Notes: generated from the sequence alone by a model not told the origin. DNA of 64,000 nucleotides from Ignavibacteriota bacterium (GCA_963801355.1 CAWDEM010000008.1:960001-1024000), one strand, 5' to 3'; shown: positions 18,249 through 28,654, numbered from the stretch's first letter. Numbers and translations are program-made.

Positions 18249-21200
18249 CAGTGCACGACGGCGATCTTGATGACGGCGGTGCCGTTCGTCGTAGCGCCCG
18301 TGGCATTCAGGTGGGCGAAGTAGATGCCGCTCTGCACGCCGGTGACGTCCCAGACTGTTTCGTTGTCCCGTCCGCCCCAGCCGGGCGCGTCGAATTCCGT
18401 GACAAGATCCCCCGCGAGGTCATAGATTTTGATATGCACCTGCGCATCTTCGTTGAGGTAGTAGCGTATCTGCGTGGTGCGGTCGTAGACCGGGTTCGGC
18501 CAGTTGTATGCGCGGACTTTCGCGAAGAACTCATTGCTCAGCGGTGCGCCGGTGATTCTCGACATGTCAACTCCAGAGTGCAGGGCATCATGCTGATATT
18601 GTGGCCAGGGATAGAGGCTTGCCTTCGCGTTCCCGGATGTGCGGCCCGTTAACCATGCCGACACCGAGCCGGTCGCTGATGAAGCCACTGCAAGGAACAC
18701 CGAATCACCGGAGGTGAAGATCGCAGCCGTCTGCTTCCCCTGCCCCGCCACAAGCGGAAAGCCCCGCACCGGTTTCCCATGCCCGTCATACGCCACAACC
18801 AGTCCCCCGAGTGAGACGCCGACGACGTCCACACTGCCGTTGCCGTCCACGTCGCCGAGGATCGGGGGGGATGCGAGAGGATGCTCAGCCGGGAGCGTGA
18901 CGGGAAATCCGTCCAGGAGCACGCCGAGGGCGTTATATGCCAGGATCCGGTTGTCGCTGAAGACCAATATGTCGCGTTGCCCATCGCCGTCAAAATCTCC
19001 GATCGCGGGGGGAGCGTCGATCCGCTCGCCGGCCATCACTGGAAATCCGGCCATTGGGGCAAGATCCGCATTGAGAAGGAAGAGCCACCCGTCGCGAGTA
19101 GTCACGGCAAGATGAGGTACAGGAACGCCCGATGAGAAAAACCAGCCGATCGCCGCAGGACCGGCGATGGGATGCCCCAGACGGGTCTTATTCTCTGCAG
19201 GTAGCGGGCCGGCAAGTCGCGGGTCCGCAAAGGTCGCCACGGTACCGTCGCTGCCTGTTACGAGGCCGGCGTACGGGGCGGGAAACGCACTCACTCCTGA
19301 AACCGCTCCATTGGTGTCGGCCAGCAGTCTCAATTCGCCTATGCTGCCGCCGTCGTTGCCGAAGAGGTGTACGCGGCCGCGATCGTCGCCAAAGAGCAGG
19401 AGATTCCCGGAGACGGCGGGTGGAATCGTGCCTGAACCGTTCAAGGTGATCGTGAAGAGTGAATCCGCAAGACTGTCGGCATTGGCGTCACGTGGGGTCA
19501 GGACACGGGCATGCAGCGTTGCTGCGTTATCTCCTATGAGAATTTCTTGAATCCCATCGCCGTTCACATCGGCCAGCAGCGGCCCCGGCACGAACCCCGC
19601 CGCCGGGGTGTTGTCCTGCGCGATGCGTCCGTCACTGAATCCGCCCGGCAGAGCGGGCTTGCCGTCGGGGAGCCAGCCAAACAGCCGGGCGTCCACAGTC
19701 GCCGGATACAGCTGGCTTGCACGGGGTGACGGTACGGTATCTTTGAGCGTTGAAACGACAAGGGCGGGGGGTCGTCCGGCGGAAAGCGGCCCGACGACAA
19801 GCGATGGAGCCGGCAGCCGCTGATTGGTCAACCTGGGGAACCCGGGCAGCACGGTGACTCCGCTATCGCCTATGCTGACCTGCACGGTCATGTACGGTCC
19901 GCGCACGCTGAAATTCTTCATGACGACGTGGCTTTCGCCGTCGTCATTGCTGCGTGCCGGGGGGAACGATGCCGAGGAGAACTCATTCGTGTTCACAGGT
20001 GAATTGCTCCCCGCGTACCAGAAGTCGAGCGGTGTACCGGTCTCGCTGCCGCTCCCCGCAGTGAACGACCCGTAGCTCTGGCCGAGGTCCTGGGATCCGT
20101 CCGCTTCTTCCAGGTCCACGCCGCGGTGTTGCGGATCGGCGTTCACACCGTTCGTTGCAATGTTCGCAGCGATAATCCGTTCGTCGATATGCCACACCAG
20201 CACCCCGCCGTCATAGAATGCCGAATCATCCACACCACCGGGGAGGCTCCAGTCCAGATCTTGCACGTCGGTCACATTGCCCTGCAACGAGGAAACGTCA
20301 AACGCGTTAAAGCCGGCGGTGTCTTGCTTGAACGTGAGCGATGTGGTGACGTTGTTGTACCTCATCGTCACAGTCTGTCCGTTCCTTTGCGCATCCCTGT
20401 TCCGGTTCTCGACCAGGTAGTATTCTCGCGGGCCGATGGGGACTCGATAGATGGTATCGGCAAGCGACACGGCCGGAAGTCGGAGCAGCGTGCTCCCGTT
20501 TTCGACAGTGATGGGGTCGATCCATCCGAGCCAGTACTTTTCCCAGGCGGAGGGCTCCGGCGGGAACACGCCGTTGAAGCTGAAGATTCCCTGGCCGTCC
20601 ATGAGGCCGAATCGTCCGATCGCGGTGGCACCGGTTTTTGTATCGAACAGATCCGGCAGACCAAGGAAGTTTCCCAGCGAAGCACAGAGCAGGCCGTTGA
20701 TGCCAAACTCGAGGAAGACATCTCCGCCGACGCCGGGGATGGAGCGGCCTTCTGTTTCAGGGAGGACCAGCGAGTTTCTCACATAACTGCCGCCTTGCAC
20801 CGGGATGCCGGGAGTCCCCAGTGCTTCCTGGAGCGCCGATTGTCCCAGATACAGCGAAGGAATGTCCCGGTCCGTCGGGTCGTATCCCAGAACGGACACC
20901 AGATCGATGTCCCGTCCGACGCCGGCGTGGAATATCACAAACGCATCATACGCGGCAAATGACGGAACCAGGGAGAGACTGTCGACCTTCCGCCAAGTAT
21001 CCCGTGCCAGCAGGGCCACCGGAGTATTGGGTCCGGTCTTCAAGGGTGAATACGTGCTCATCACATTGGGCAGCGTGACCACAACCGGGATGAGCGTTGA
21101 AGTGACGACAACCTTTCCTTTGGACGCTCTTTGAAAGTAATTGGCAAGAAAAGTCAGGTGATCGGTGAAGTAGGCGGCATTCCTGGGAGGGGCATCCACA

Positions 21201-21442
21201 GGGATGTTGCCCGAGGTGACATGCGATGTATCGAACTGGCCGTTACCTGTTGTCCGCGTGTCCGTGTCCTGCTGAAACTGCACCATGACTGCGAGGACGT
21301 TCACGGTCATTGCCGCGTTGAGCCTGGCGCGGGGGGCGGTTGACGCGTCACCCGCATGGGCGGTGAGAGGATGGTACAGGAGTTGCGCAGGCAGCGCGGC
21401 CGGGATCAGGAGAGCGAGAAGGAGGGTTCGCAGTATTGTCAT
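18248..21442 (-). CDS. T9SS cargo: M6 (immune inhibitor A)-like domain with degenerate zinc motif + FG-GAP repeats + CTD
   Basis: Signal peptide; IFHAGVG, LGLPDLFDT, GLMDGQG, WEKYWLGW, EYYLVENR, GVLVWHIDE, VDLEEADG (M6 hallmarks); DVNGDG/DFDGDG repeats; YNWPNP...SGIYF CTD. Start placed at MTILRT. Confidence 0.78.
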   Translation of the reverse strand: MTILRTLLLALLIPAALPAQLLYHPLTAHAGDASTAPRARLNAAMTVNVLAVMVQFQQDTDTRTTGNGQFDTSHVTSGNIPVDAPPRNAAYFTDHLTFLANYFQRASKGKVVVTSTLIPVVVTLPNVMSTYSPLKTGPNTPVALLARDTWRKVDSLSLVPSFAAYDAFVIFHAGVGRDIDLVSVLGYDPTDRDIPSLYLGQSALQEALGTPGIPVQGGSYVRNSLVLPETEGRSIPGVGGDVFLEFGINGLLCASLGNFLGLPDLFDTKTGATAIGRFGLMDGQGIFSFNGVFPPEPSAWEKYWLGWIDPITVENGSTLLRLPAVSLADTIYRVPIGPREYYLVENRNRDAQRNGQTVTMRYNNVTTSLTFKQDTAGFNAFDVSSLQGNVTDVQDLDWSLPGGVDDSAFYDGGVLVWHIDERIIAANIATNGVNADPQHRGVDLEEADGSQDLGQSYGSFTAGSGSETGTPLDFWYAGSNSPVNTNEFSSASFPPARSNDDGESHVVMKNFSVRGPYMTVQVSIGDSGVTVLPGFPRLTNQRLPAPSLVVGPLSAGRPPALVVSTLKDTVPSPRASQLYPATVDARLFGWLPDGKPALPGGFSDGRIAQDNTPAAGFVPGPLLADVNGDGIQEILIGDNAATLHARVLTPRDANADSLADSLFTITLNGSGTIPPAVSGNLLLFGDDRGRVHLFGNDGGSIGELRLLADTNGAVSGVSAFPAPYAGLVTGSDGTVATFADPRLAGPLPAENKTRLGHPIAGPAAIGWFFSSGVPVPHLAVTTRDGWLFLLNADLAPMAGFPVMAGERIDAPPAIGDFDGDGQRDILVFSDNRILAYNALGVLLDGFPVTLPAEHPLASPPILGDVDGNGSVDVVGVSLGGLVVAYDGHGKPVRGFPLVAGQGKQTAAIFTSGDSVFLAVASSATGSVSAWLTGRTSGNAKASLYPWPQYQHDALHSGVDMSRITGAPLSNEFFAKVRAYNWPNPVYDRTTQIRYYLNEDAQVHIKIYDLAGDLVTEFDAPGWGGRDNETVWDVTGVQSGIYFAHLNATGATTNGTAVIKIAVVH

Positions 21443-21481
21443 AGAGGATCGTTTGTTCGGGGTCTTCGTATGTACCAGGGT

Positions 21482-21525
21482 GTGCTTGCATCGCTCGCCC
21501 CTCCGGAGGGGGGCGACGCAAGCAC
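21482..21525. repeat. GC-rich intergenic hairpin (REP-like)
   Basis: gtgcttgc...cgcccctccggaggggggcg...gcaagcac inverted repeat between porV and the next gene. Confidence 0.55.
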
Positions 21526-21540
21526 GATCGCCCTTCATTC

Positions 21541-22656
21541 TTACACGCCTCCCCACGCGATCAACAGCGAGAAGCGGATGGTATCGGACAGTGGATGATT
21601 TTCCGAGGCCGAGATATAGCTGAAATCGAAGCCATAGATATCGTACCGGATGCCGGCGCCGAACGTCATGAATTTCCGGTTGCCGAAATCCTTGTGCTCC
21701 TGGAAAAAGCCCAGGCGCAATGCGATCAATCGCGGGGATCCGTACCAGTACTCAGCACCACCGCTGACGATCACTTTTTTCAGGCCGCTTGAGTCGCCCC
21801 ACGCGCTGATCAATGCCTTATAGAAGGGGTCCGAGGTCCCGTCCGCGTGACGGCGCACAAGGAGGCGGCTGAAGTCGACGCCCAGCTGGAGGCTGTTGAA
21901 TTCATCATCCAGCACTTTGTATCCCATGCCGACCCGGAGGTTTGTGGGGAGGGGGTCGGCCTGTGCTGCATCGACGTATGTTACTTTCGGGCCGAGGTTC
22001 GAGAGGTTCACGCCCGCGCTGAACCGCTTGCCGATGTCGCCGAGGAGGGGCACCTCGAGTGCTTCGGGGCGGTACATCATTGCCAGGTCGAAGCTCACCG
22101 TCGAGGCAATCCCGTTCCCCGCTTCCGACTCCGTGCCGATGGGCGAGAGGGCGCTATGGATGAATCGAACGTTGAGGCCCACGCCCAGATCGTCGAACGC
22201 CTTCGTTGCATAGCCGGCGGTGACGGCATACTCGAACGCCTTGAACTTGTCGATGACGGTCGGACCGTCCGAGCCCGTCACGGCGAATTCCCCCAGACTC
22301 AGGTAGGTCACGCTCGCACCGATTGTCCCGCCGATTTCCTCCAGGTCCATCCTGTAATTCAGGTGATCATAGAAGAGATCGGGCAGATTGAACTGCGGCA
22401 GCCAGTTTGCGTGCGTGATACTGACCTCCTGTCCCTTGAGGAAGGCCAGTTGGCCGGGATTCCAGTAGATGGCGGATGCGTCATCCACCCATCCGGTGCC
22501 GGATTCTCCCATCCCGCTCGCCCGGGAATTCGGGGCTATGAGGAGGAACGGAACCGCCGACTCCCCTTGTGCCCGGACTTCGGTCAGGGTCATCACCGAC
22601 CCTGCGACCACAAGGGCGAGCCCAATCGCAGTGCGGAACCGCATGATCTTCTTCAT
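21541..22656 (-). CDS. porV: T9SS outer-membrane shuttle PorV
   Basis: AVPFLLIAPNSRASGMGE, YWNPG, NLGPKVTY, PLPTNLRVG, GNRKFMTFGAG, HPLSDTIRFSL. Directly downstream of porU, RBS upstream of 22656. Confidence 0.92.
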   Translation of the reverse strand: MKKIMRFRTAIGLALVVAGSVMTLTEVRAQGESAVPFLLIAPNSRASGMGESGTGWVDDASAIYWNPGQLAFLKGQEVSITHANWLPQFNLPDLFYDHLNYRMDLEEIGGTIGASVTYLSLGEFAVTGSDGPTVIDKFKAFEYAVTAGYATKAFDDLGVGLNVRFIHSALSPIGTESEAGNGIASTVSFDLAMMYRPEALEVPLLGDIGKRFSAGVNLSNLGPKVTYVDAAQADPLPTNLRVGMGYKVLDDEFNSLQLGVDFSRLLVRRHADGTSDPFYKALISAWGDSSGLKKVIVSGGAEYWYGSPRLIALRLGFFQEHKDFGNRKFMTFGAGIRYDIYGFDFSYISASENHPLSDTIRFSLLIAWGGV

Positions 22657-22732
22657 ATGTACTCCCTTCAAGTGAAAAGATGAACGCTGTGCATCACCCA
22701 CCCACACTGCATCTCCACCACACACAACACTC

Positions 22733-25700
22733 TCAACGCACGATTGCAAGTCTGCCGATTGCTTCGCTTGCGAATCGGCCGTCCACCGTGCGCACAATCG
22801 TCTTATACAAATATACGCCATTGGCGACTTTGTCGCCTTCCCGGTCGCGCCCGTCCCAGGGCACACGCACCATCAACTCTCCGACCGATGTCGAGTGCAG
22901 TTCCTGGATCAAGCGGCCCGCGATGGTATAGACCTTGATTTCCACATCCAGGGGAGACTGCTGATTCTGGCGGAACGTGAACTGTGTCTCGTCACCGAAT
23001 GGATTGGGATAATTGAACATATCCGAAATGCTCAGCCGGTCCGAGGATTCAACCATGAAGTACGTTTCAGCCGACGCAGAATTGTTGTACGAATCCCAGG
23101 CGCGTACGCGGATGGTGTTCCGCCCGAGCGGCAGGTCTGAAAGTTGCAGCTGCACTACACCTTCGCGGAAATCATCGCGCTTGCTCGTGTAGTATTCCGT
23201 CAGGTCGAGGCTTTGCACGCTGTTGTTGACCCAGCCCTCGATGCGGTGGCCGATACCCGCGGTGGATGTGTTGATGCCGTTGGCATCGCTGAGGTCGACG
23301 ATAAGCGTGGGGCGTTCCGTGACCACGTCGCCGGGGCGGAAGCTCCGGTTTCCGAGCGCAATGCGGATGGTCGGACCTTCGCCGTCAGAAGCCGCCGTGG
23401 AATCCGTGCCGTTGATGCGTACGGCACTGGTGAAACCGGCACCGTCGTCCTCGGTCCGGCTTACATAGGCCACCAGGCGGCCCCGGCCTGTGGTGTCGGC
23501 GTAGGAGATATCCTTCGGGACAACGAAGCTGGCGCGGAATCCGCCCTCCGCAACCGAGTTCTCCCCTTTGTAAATAGTGGCTCCCGACGACTGATACTGC
23601 CAGTTGTACCCCGGATAGAAGTTGACAATGGTCTGCTGACGGGTGACGTCGTTCACGCGCAGGGTGAGTGTACCGGTGAAGCCCGCGTCGCGGTTGTTGG
23701 CTGCATCGCGCACCGTGCCCGTCACCGTCACGTGGGAAAGCGCCTTCAGGGTGATCGGCGTGGTGCGCGCCGCCCCATCCACGCTGTCCACGGGCTGTCC
23801 GTTGATGCTGTCAATGGACGCGAACCCGCGCGGGAATGCCAGGCGCATGGTCGGATCACCCATGAAGAAGAACTTCTGATCGTTGTCGTAGTTGAAACCC
23901 GCTGCCTTGTAGAGGAAGAGCGCGGTGGCCGGACGCTCCAGAATGATGCGGTTGTACGGATCACGGACGAACATCCGGCGATACGTCCCCTGGTTCAGTG
24001 CGGCATTGCCGCTTGCATACACCTTTCGTGACGCGGAGATCACGCCAGAAGCCCCGCCGTCCGGTTTGTTCATCAGCAGCTCCGACCCGGTGTAGTTCTT
24101 CGGGTCGTCGAACTGTGAGAAATTGCAGGTCGCCAGGAAAAACACCGAGAGTCGATCGGTGTTCGTCAGCTGGGGAATGGACGTGTTGACTTCAAAGACC
24201 AGCTCGTGGGCCCACACTTTCGGGTTTCCGTGACCCGAATAATTCACCATCAACGCGCCCTGGTTGATATTGTCAATGATGTCCTGGGCGGCCCCCGGTT
24301 TACGGCGTCCCTGCGAGGTGTAGACTGTCGGGTATTCGGCGATGTAGATCTTCTTCTTCTCGAACTCTTCCGGGGTGAAGTTACGCGCGAGGGTCTCGGC
24401 ATCATCGCTGTGCTCGGTCCGGTCGCCCACCTCTCCTCCCTCGGACGTCCACGCGTCATCTCCCACAAACAGCATGCGTGTCTTCCAGCTGTCGCGCGCG
24501 CTCTGGTTTTCATAGCGGATGATCTTGTCCACCACCGTGTTCGCTTCGGCCACGGTGCGGGATGATATCCGGCCGCTCACGAGCGAGGGCACCATGCCGG
24601 AACCGAAGGCAGTAAAAAAATCATCCGTTGCATAGCTGTTGACGTCGTGACGCGATTCCGGTGTCTGCCAGGTCGGCACGTACGTCGATTTCGAGCCCAG
24701 GATTCCCTTGTAGTCGTATGACGCCCCGCCGAAGAAGAGCACGAATTTCGGCTGCGGGGTCCAGCCGTTGAACGCATACTTCAAGAAGTCGCGGATTGCG
24801 GTCACATCCGGAACACCACCGCTGAATTCGTTGTAGATGTGCGCGACGTCGATGACCAGGGTCTTCACACCGCCCCCTTCCGGCCGTTCGCGATACGCTT
24901 TCAGCCCGTCAGCGGCAGCCTTGAACTCTGCGCTCGTGACGATGATGAAGTCTGCGCCTTCTGCATACCCGTGGAGATCCTGGTTCGACATTTTCTGAAT
25001 GGCAGCGGGGGTCTTCCACGCGGAAGATCCCGCCGCGCAATATTCGCTGACGGAGCCCCCGGTCAGAGAGGCTCTGAACATATAGGACCCGCCGACGTCG
25101 TTGATCAGTTTCACGTTTGCGTAGTCTGTGACATCAAAGACCATCGGCATTGCGGAGAACTGCTGCAGCCGGAACTCCGCAACGCCGGTGGTGTCGGGGG
25201 ACCGGAAGCGCAGGTAGTTGTTCACACCCCAGAGCATGCGGGGGAAGAGAATCTCGATCCAGTCAATCCATCCCTCCGATGCGTTGCTCGGAGACGAAAA
25301 CGCGATGTTCAGCTGGCTTGTGTTATTGCTGAGCGACGATGTGCCGAGCGCCTGCCCTGTGTATCCCGTGGCATACAGGTAATCGAAGCCGGGAGCCAGG
25401 GCGTACACACCGAGCGTGGTCCCCCCCTCTCTCACGGTGAATTGCGGGGAGGTTCCGTCATGGGCTACAAGGGAGTACCGGTACGTGATAACGTCATTCG
25501 GCACAAGACCGGGAAGGAGGTTGACATAGGTGAACGATCCGCTCGGCCCGCTGAGCGACTGCCCGAGCCAGTCCTTGCCGGAACTCAAGACGTTCACCTT
25601 TTCATCTTCGATGAAGAGCGCATCCACGAACCGTTCGACAACGACGTCGGCGGACGCTGCAAGCGATGGTTGCGATTGCATGCGTTTTCCCGGCGTCCCG

Positions 25701-26827
25701 CCGAACGTCAGCCAGTAGTAATTGACATCGCTGTAGTGGTGGATATAGTGTCTCGGGGCGTGGGCGGCGGCATCGTAAGCAATCCCCCGCGTGCCGCGCC
25801 CGTAGAAAACGACATAGTCTCCGGCGCCCATCTGGCCGTCACTTTCCCCTTCCACGTAGATGGCATTCTCCACAAGGTCGGACGGCCGCGGCGCCGCATT
25901 GTTCTCCGGAACTTCTCTTCCGCCGTTGCCGTAGATCTTGATCGTGCGGGGGTCGACGGACCCGGCATTGATGCCGGCGGCCGCAAGGTACGCTGCGTCG
26001 ATCTTATATATTCCCTCTCCCGTGACGGTCAGGCGGTACCAGTCGCCGGCCGCCAGCACGCTGGGGGATGCTGCGATTTTTGCCGGCGGGGTGGCATCGG
26101 ACTGCAGGCGCCGGAGCATGTCGGGGTTCGCGACCGCGTTCGACAGGAAGGTCACATCGCCGCTCCGGACGGGTTCCGGCGGACCGCCGGCAAAGGTGAC
26201 TTCCACGACGATACGGGAGTATGTGCGCAGAACTCGTGAGCCCGGGTCATATTGCGCGGGCCAGATGTGGACGGCGCCTATCAATGCACTTCTCACATTT
26301 GCAGGAGCGACAAGCTGCGCGATGGATCCCGGAAAGATGCCGGACGGCATGTCCTGGCGTTCCGCATAACCGGCCGGTTCGAGATAGCCGTCGCGTTCTT
26401 TGAGTGATGGCACGGGCAGGACCGCAACGCCCCGCACCTCTTCATAATCCGCGGCCACCACCCGCACCGAATGCGGGCCTGGAGCCGGGAACGCAAGGGG
26501 GATGTGACGCCACGGGAGATCCGGCAAGCCGGCCTCCGTGATGGGTGAAGGTCTGACACCTTCGTCGATGACGACGCGGAGGTAGCTCCTGTCTGCCACC
26601 ATCACCGTGTCGAACCGCATCGACGCCGGACGGAATTCCACGCGCAGTGTGTTTGCTCCGGTGGCGCTCGTGGTGACTTCGGGATCGCGCGGCGCCCGCG
26701 CCTGAACCTCCGCTGCGGATGCCGGACCCGCAAGAGCGGCAAGCAGCGCGGTCGCGCAGGCGAGGACGCACGCCTGGCCACCCGGCGCCATCCCACCCGA
26801 TCGCAAACGGCGGTTCAGCACGGTCAT
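22733..26827 (-). CDS. porU: T9SS sortase PorU (peptidase C25)
   Basis: IYNEFSGGVPD, FGGASYDYK, TDDFF, catalytic NYSGHG and ATCNFSQFDD, GDP, RAWDSYNNS, C-terminal YPNPF CTD. Confidence 0.93.
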   Translation of the reverse strand: MTVLNRRLRSGGMAPGGQACVLACATALLAALAGPASAAEVQARAPRDPEVTTSATGANTLRVEFRPASMRFDTVMVADRSYLRVVIDEGVRPSPITEAGLPDLPWRHIPLAFPAPGPHSVRVVAADYEEVRGVAVLPVPSLKERDGYLEPAGYAERQDMPSGIFPGSIAQLVAPANVRSALIGAVHIWPAQYDPGSRVLRTYSRIVVEVTFAGGPPEPVRSGDVTFLSNAVANPDMLRRLQSDATPPAKIAASPSVLAAGDWYRLTVTGEGIYKIDAAYLAAAGINAGSVDPRTIKIYGNGGREVPENNAAPRPSDLVENAIYVEGESDGQMGAGDYVVFYGRGTRGIAYDAAAHAPRHYIHHYSDVNYYWLTFGGTPGKRMQSQPSLAASADVVVERFVDALFIEDEKVNVLSSGKDWLGQSLSGPSGSFTYVNLLPGLVPNDVITYRYSLVAHDGTSPQFTVREGGTTLGVYALAPGFDYLYATGYTGQALGTSSLSNNTSQLNIAFSSPSNASEGWIDWIEILFPRMLWGVNNYLRFRSPDTTGVAEFRLQQFSAMPMVFDVTDYANVKLINDVGGSYMFRASLTGGSVSEYCAAGSSAWKTPAAIQKMSNQDLHGYAEGADFIIVTSAEFKAAADGLKAYRERPEGGGVKTLVIDVAHIYNEFSGGVPDVTAIRDFLKYAFNGWTPQPKFVLFFGGASYDYKGILGSKSTYVPTWQTPESRHDVNSYATDDFFTAFGSGMVPSLVSGRISSRTVAEANTVVDKIIRYENQSARDSWKTRMLFVGDDAWTSEGGEVGDRTEHSDDAETLARNFTPEEFEKKKIYIAEYPTVYTSQGRRKPGAAQDIIDNINQGALMVNYSGHGNPKVWAHELVFEVNTSIPQLTNTDRLSVFFLATCNFSQFDDPKNYTGSELLMNKPDGGASGVISASRKVYASGNAALNQGTYRRMFVRDPYNRIILERPATALFLYKAAGFNYDNDQKFFFMGDPTMRLAFPRGFASIDSINGQPVDSVDGAARTTPITLKALSHVTVTGTVRDAANNRDAGFTGTLTLRVNDVTRQQTIVNFYPGYNWQYQSSGATIYKGENSVAEGGFRASFVVPKDISYADTTGRGRLVAYVSRTEDDGAGFTSAVRINGTDSTAASDGEGPTIRIALGNRSFRPGDVVTERPTLIVDLSDANGINTSTAGIGHRIEGWVNNSVQSLDLTEYYTSKRDDFREGVVQLQLSDLPLGRNTIRVRAWDSYNNSASAETYFMVESSDRLSISDMFNYPNPFGDETQFTFRQNQQSPLDVEIKVYTIAGRLIQELHSTSVGELMVRVPWDGRDREGDKVANGVYLYKTIVRTVDGRFASEAIGRLAIVR

Positions 26828-26842
26828 ACCACCTTCACATAA

Positions 26843-26882
26843 ACAAAAAACCGAACGTTAGAAGACATCCATAACATTCGGC
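26843..26882 (-). terminator. Intrinsic terminator inside the porU leader
   Basis: Minus strand gccgaatgtta-loop-taacgttcggt stem followed by a T run, ending about 15 nt before the porU ATG. Confidence 0.7.
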
Positions 26883-26892
26883 CGCAGATGGA

Positions 26893-27006
26893 GTCCATGG
26901 AAGTGCCAGCCTTTGTGATAGACAATGTTCGTTAAAGGGATCCGCTCTCTGCGGTCCGCACCATACAACCTTTAACCAAACACCTCTATAGGCTGATCTC
27001 CACGAC
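26893..27006 (-). ncRNA. Candidate structured RNA (long irregular rod), family unassigned
   Basis: Nested complementary blocks gtcgtggag/cttccatggac, cagcct/aggctg, ataga/tctat, gtgtttggttaaagg/cctttaacgaacat, with an apical ccgc-agaga-gcgg hairpin. Lies between a promoter and a terminator. Confidence 0.55.
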
Positions 27007-27027
27007 TTATGAAAGTTCTCGAATACA

Positions 27028-27056
27028 AATATAGAAATCGGCACCCTGAATGTCAA
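27028..27056 (-). promoter_or_regulatory. sigma70 promoter for leader RNA/porU operon
   Basis: Minus strand TTGACA-N17-TATATT. Confidence 0.75.
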
Positions 27057-27082
27057 GCGCTGCTCTGTCCCGGCGCCGTAAT

Positions 27083-27111
27083 TTGATTGTTCGCGCAGAA
27101 TTGTGTACATT
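27083..27111 (+). promoter_or_regulatory. Putative sigma70 promoter for glgA operon
   Basis: TTGATT-N17-TACATT. Confidence 0.5.
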
Positions 27112-27169
27112 TCTCGACAATGTACTGTAACCAAATGCGTAAACCCAATTATCACACCAACTTCGCAGT

Positions 27170-28654
27170 ATGCCTCGTCCCCTAAACGTTCTCTTTCTTT
27201 CGAGTGAAGTGGAGCCTTTCGCCAAGACCGGCGGGCTGGCCGACGTGTCTGGCGCGCTCCCCCAGGTGATCCGGGAAATGGATCACGAAATCCGCATCAT
27301 GATGCCCCGCTACAGCTGCATCAATGAGCGGAAGTCCAGGCTGCACGAAATGATCCGGATGAAAGACGTCATGATTCCGGTCGGGAAACAGCAATACGCC
27401 GCCAACCTGAAATCATCATTCATCGATACGACCCACAGCAAGGTTCAGGTCTACATGCTGGATAATCCGGAGCTGTTCGGCCGGACGGGCCTGTATGTCA
27501 ATCCCGATACCCGCAAGGACTATCCCGACAACGACATCCGGTTCACGTTTTTCTGCCGCGGGGCTCTCGACATGCTCAAGCGCCTCGGCTGGGCTCCCGA
27601 TGTCATTCATTGTAACGACTGGCCGACGGGACTGGTTCCTGCGTTCCTGAAGACGCTCTACGCGAACGACCCCTTTTACAAAGACACGCGCTCCGTCTTC
27701 ACGATCCACAATATGGCGTATCAGGGAGTGTTCCCCCACACTTCATTTGCGCGTACGCTCCTCCCCAAAGCCCTTGACTCCGAACAGGGGGTCATCGCGT
27801 TCGGCAATCTCAATTTTCTGAAGGCAGGGCTGGTGTTCGCCGACGCGATCACCACCGTCAGCGAAAAATACGCGGAGGAGATCCGCTCCTCCGACGAATA
27901 CGGATGCGGCTTGCAGGACATCGCGGAACGCCGCGCGCACGTGCTCCGCGGGATTCTGAACGGCGTGGATTACAGTGTCTGGGATCCTGCGGTGGACGAG
28001 CTGATACCCCACCGGTATGACGTGAAGTCCCTCGATCTCAAGGCGGAAAATAAGCGGGCCTTGCTGCAGCGCATGGGGCTTCCGTACGACGCCGCCGTGC
28101 CCGTCATCGGGATCATCTCCCGTCTTGCAGATCAGAAGGGTTTCGACCTGATCGACATGATCATGGATGACCTCATGAAGATGCATGTGCAGCTGGTGGT
28201 GCTGGGAACCGGAGAAAAAAAGTATCACGATCTCTTCGAGAAGGCCGCGCGGAAGCACCCCGGCAAAGTGGGTGTCGCCCTCCGTTTCGACGACGAGCTT
28301 GCGCATCTCATCGAAGCGGGGAGTGACATGTTCCTCATGCCTTCACGCTACGAACCATGCGGTCTGAATCAGATCTACAGCCTGCGGTACGGCACCGTGC
28401 CGATTGTCCGTGCCACCGGCGGGTTGGATGATACGATCACGGAGTTTCAGCCGTCGACGGGGACCGGCACGGGTTTCAAATTTGCCCGTTATGACAGCGG
28501 TGAGTTGTTGAAGGCGGTGCAGCGGGCTGTTGCAGTCTTCGCCGACACGACCGCCTGGCACAAGTTGATGAAGCACGGCATGGCCCAGGATTTCTCGTGG
28601 GAGACTTCCGCCAAGAAGTATATCCAGGTGTATAGGAGTCTCGCACACAAGTGA
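27170..28654 (+). CDS. glgA: Glycogen synthase (GT5)
   Basis: KTGGLADV, HCNDW, FTIHNMAYQG, SRLADQKG, PSRYEPCGLNQ. Confidence 0.95.
   Translation: MPRPLNVLFLSSEVEPFAKTGGLADVSGALPQVIREMDHEIRIMMPRYSCINERKSRLHEMIRMKDVMIPVGKQQYAANLKSSFIDTTHSKVQVYMLDNPELFGRTGLYVNPDTRKDYPDNDIRFTFFCRGALDMLKRLGWAPDVIHCNDWPTGLVPAFLKTLYANDPFYKDTRSVFTIHNMAYQGVFPHTSFARTLLPKALDSEQGVIAFGNLNFLKAGLVFADAITTVSEKYAEEIRSSDEYGCGLQDIAERRAHVLRGILNGVDYSVWDPAVDELIPHRYDVKSLDLKAENKRALLQRMGLPYDAAVPVIGIISRLADQKGFDLIDMIMDDLMKMHVQLVVLGTGEKKYHDLFEKAARKHPGKVGVALRFDDELAHLIEAGSDMFLMPSRYEPCGLNQIYSLRYGTVPIVRATGGLDDTITEFQPSTGTGTGFKFARYDSGELLKAVQRAVAVFADTTAWHKLMKHGMAQDFSWETSAKKYIQVYRSLAHK

Noticed and set aside
26835-27225. Short ORFs 26835..27155 and 27007..27225
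   Set aside because: They run across promoters and the structured leader, with no RBS or recognisable motifs.
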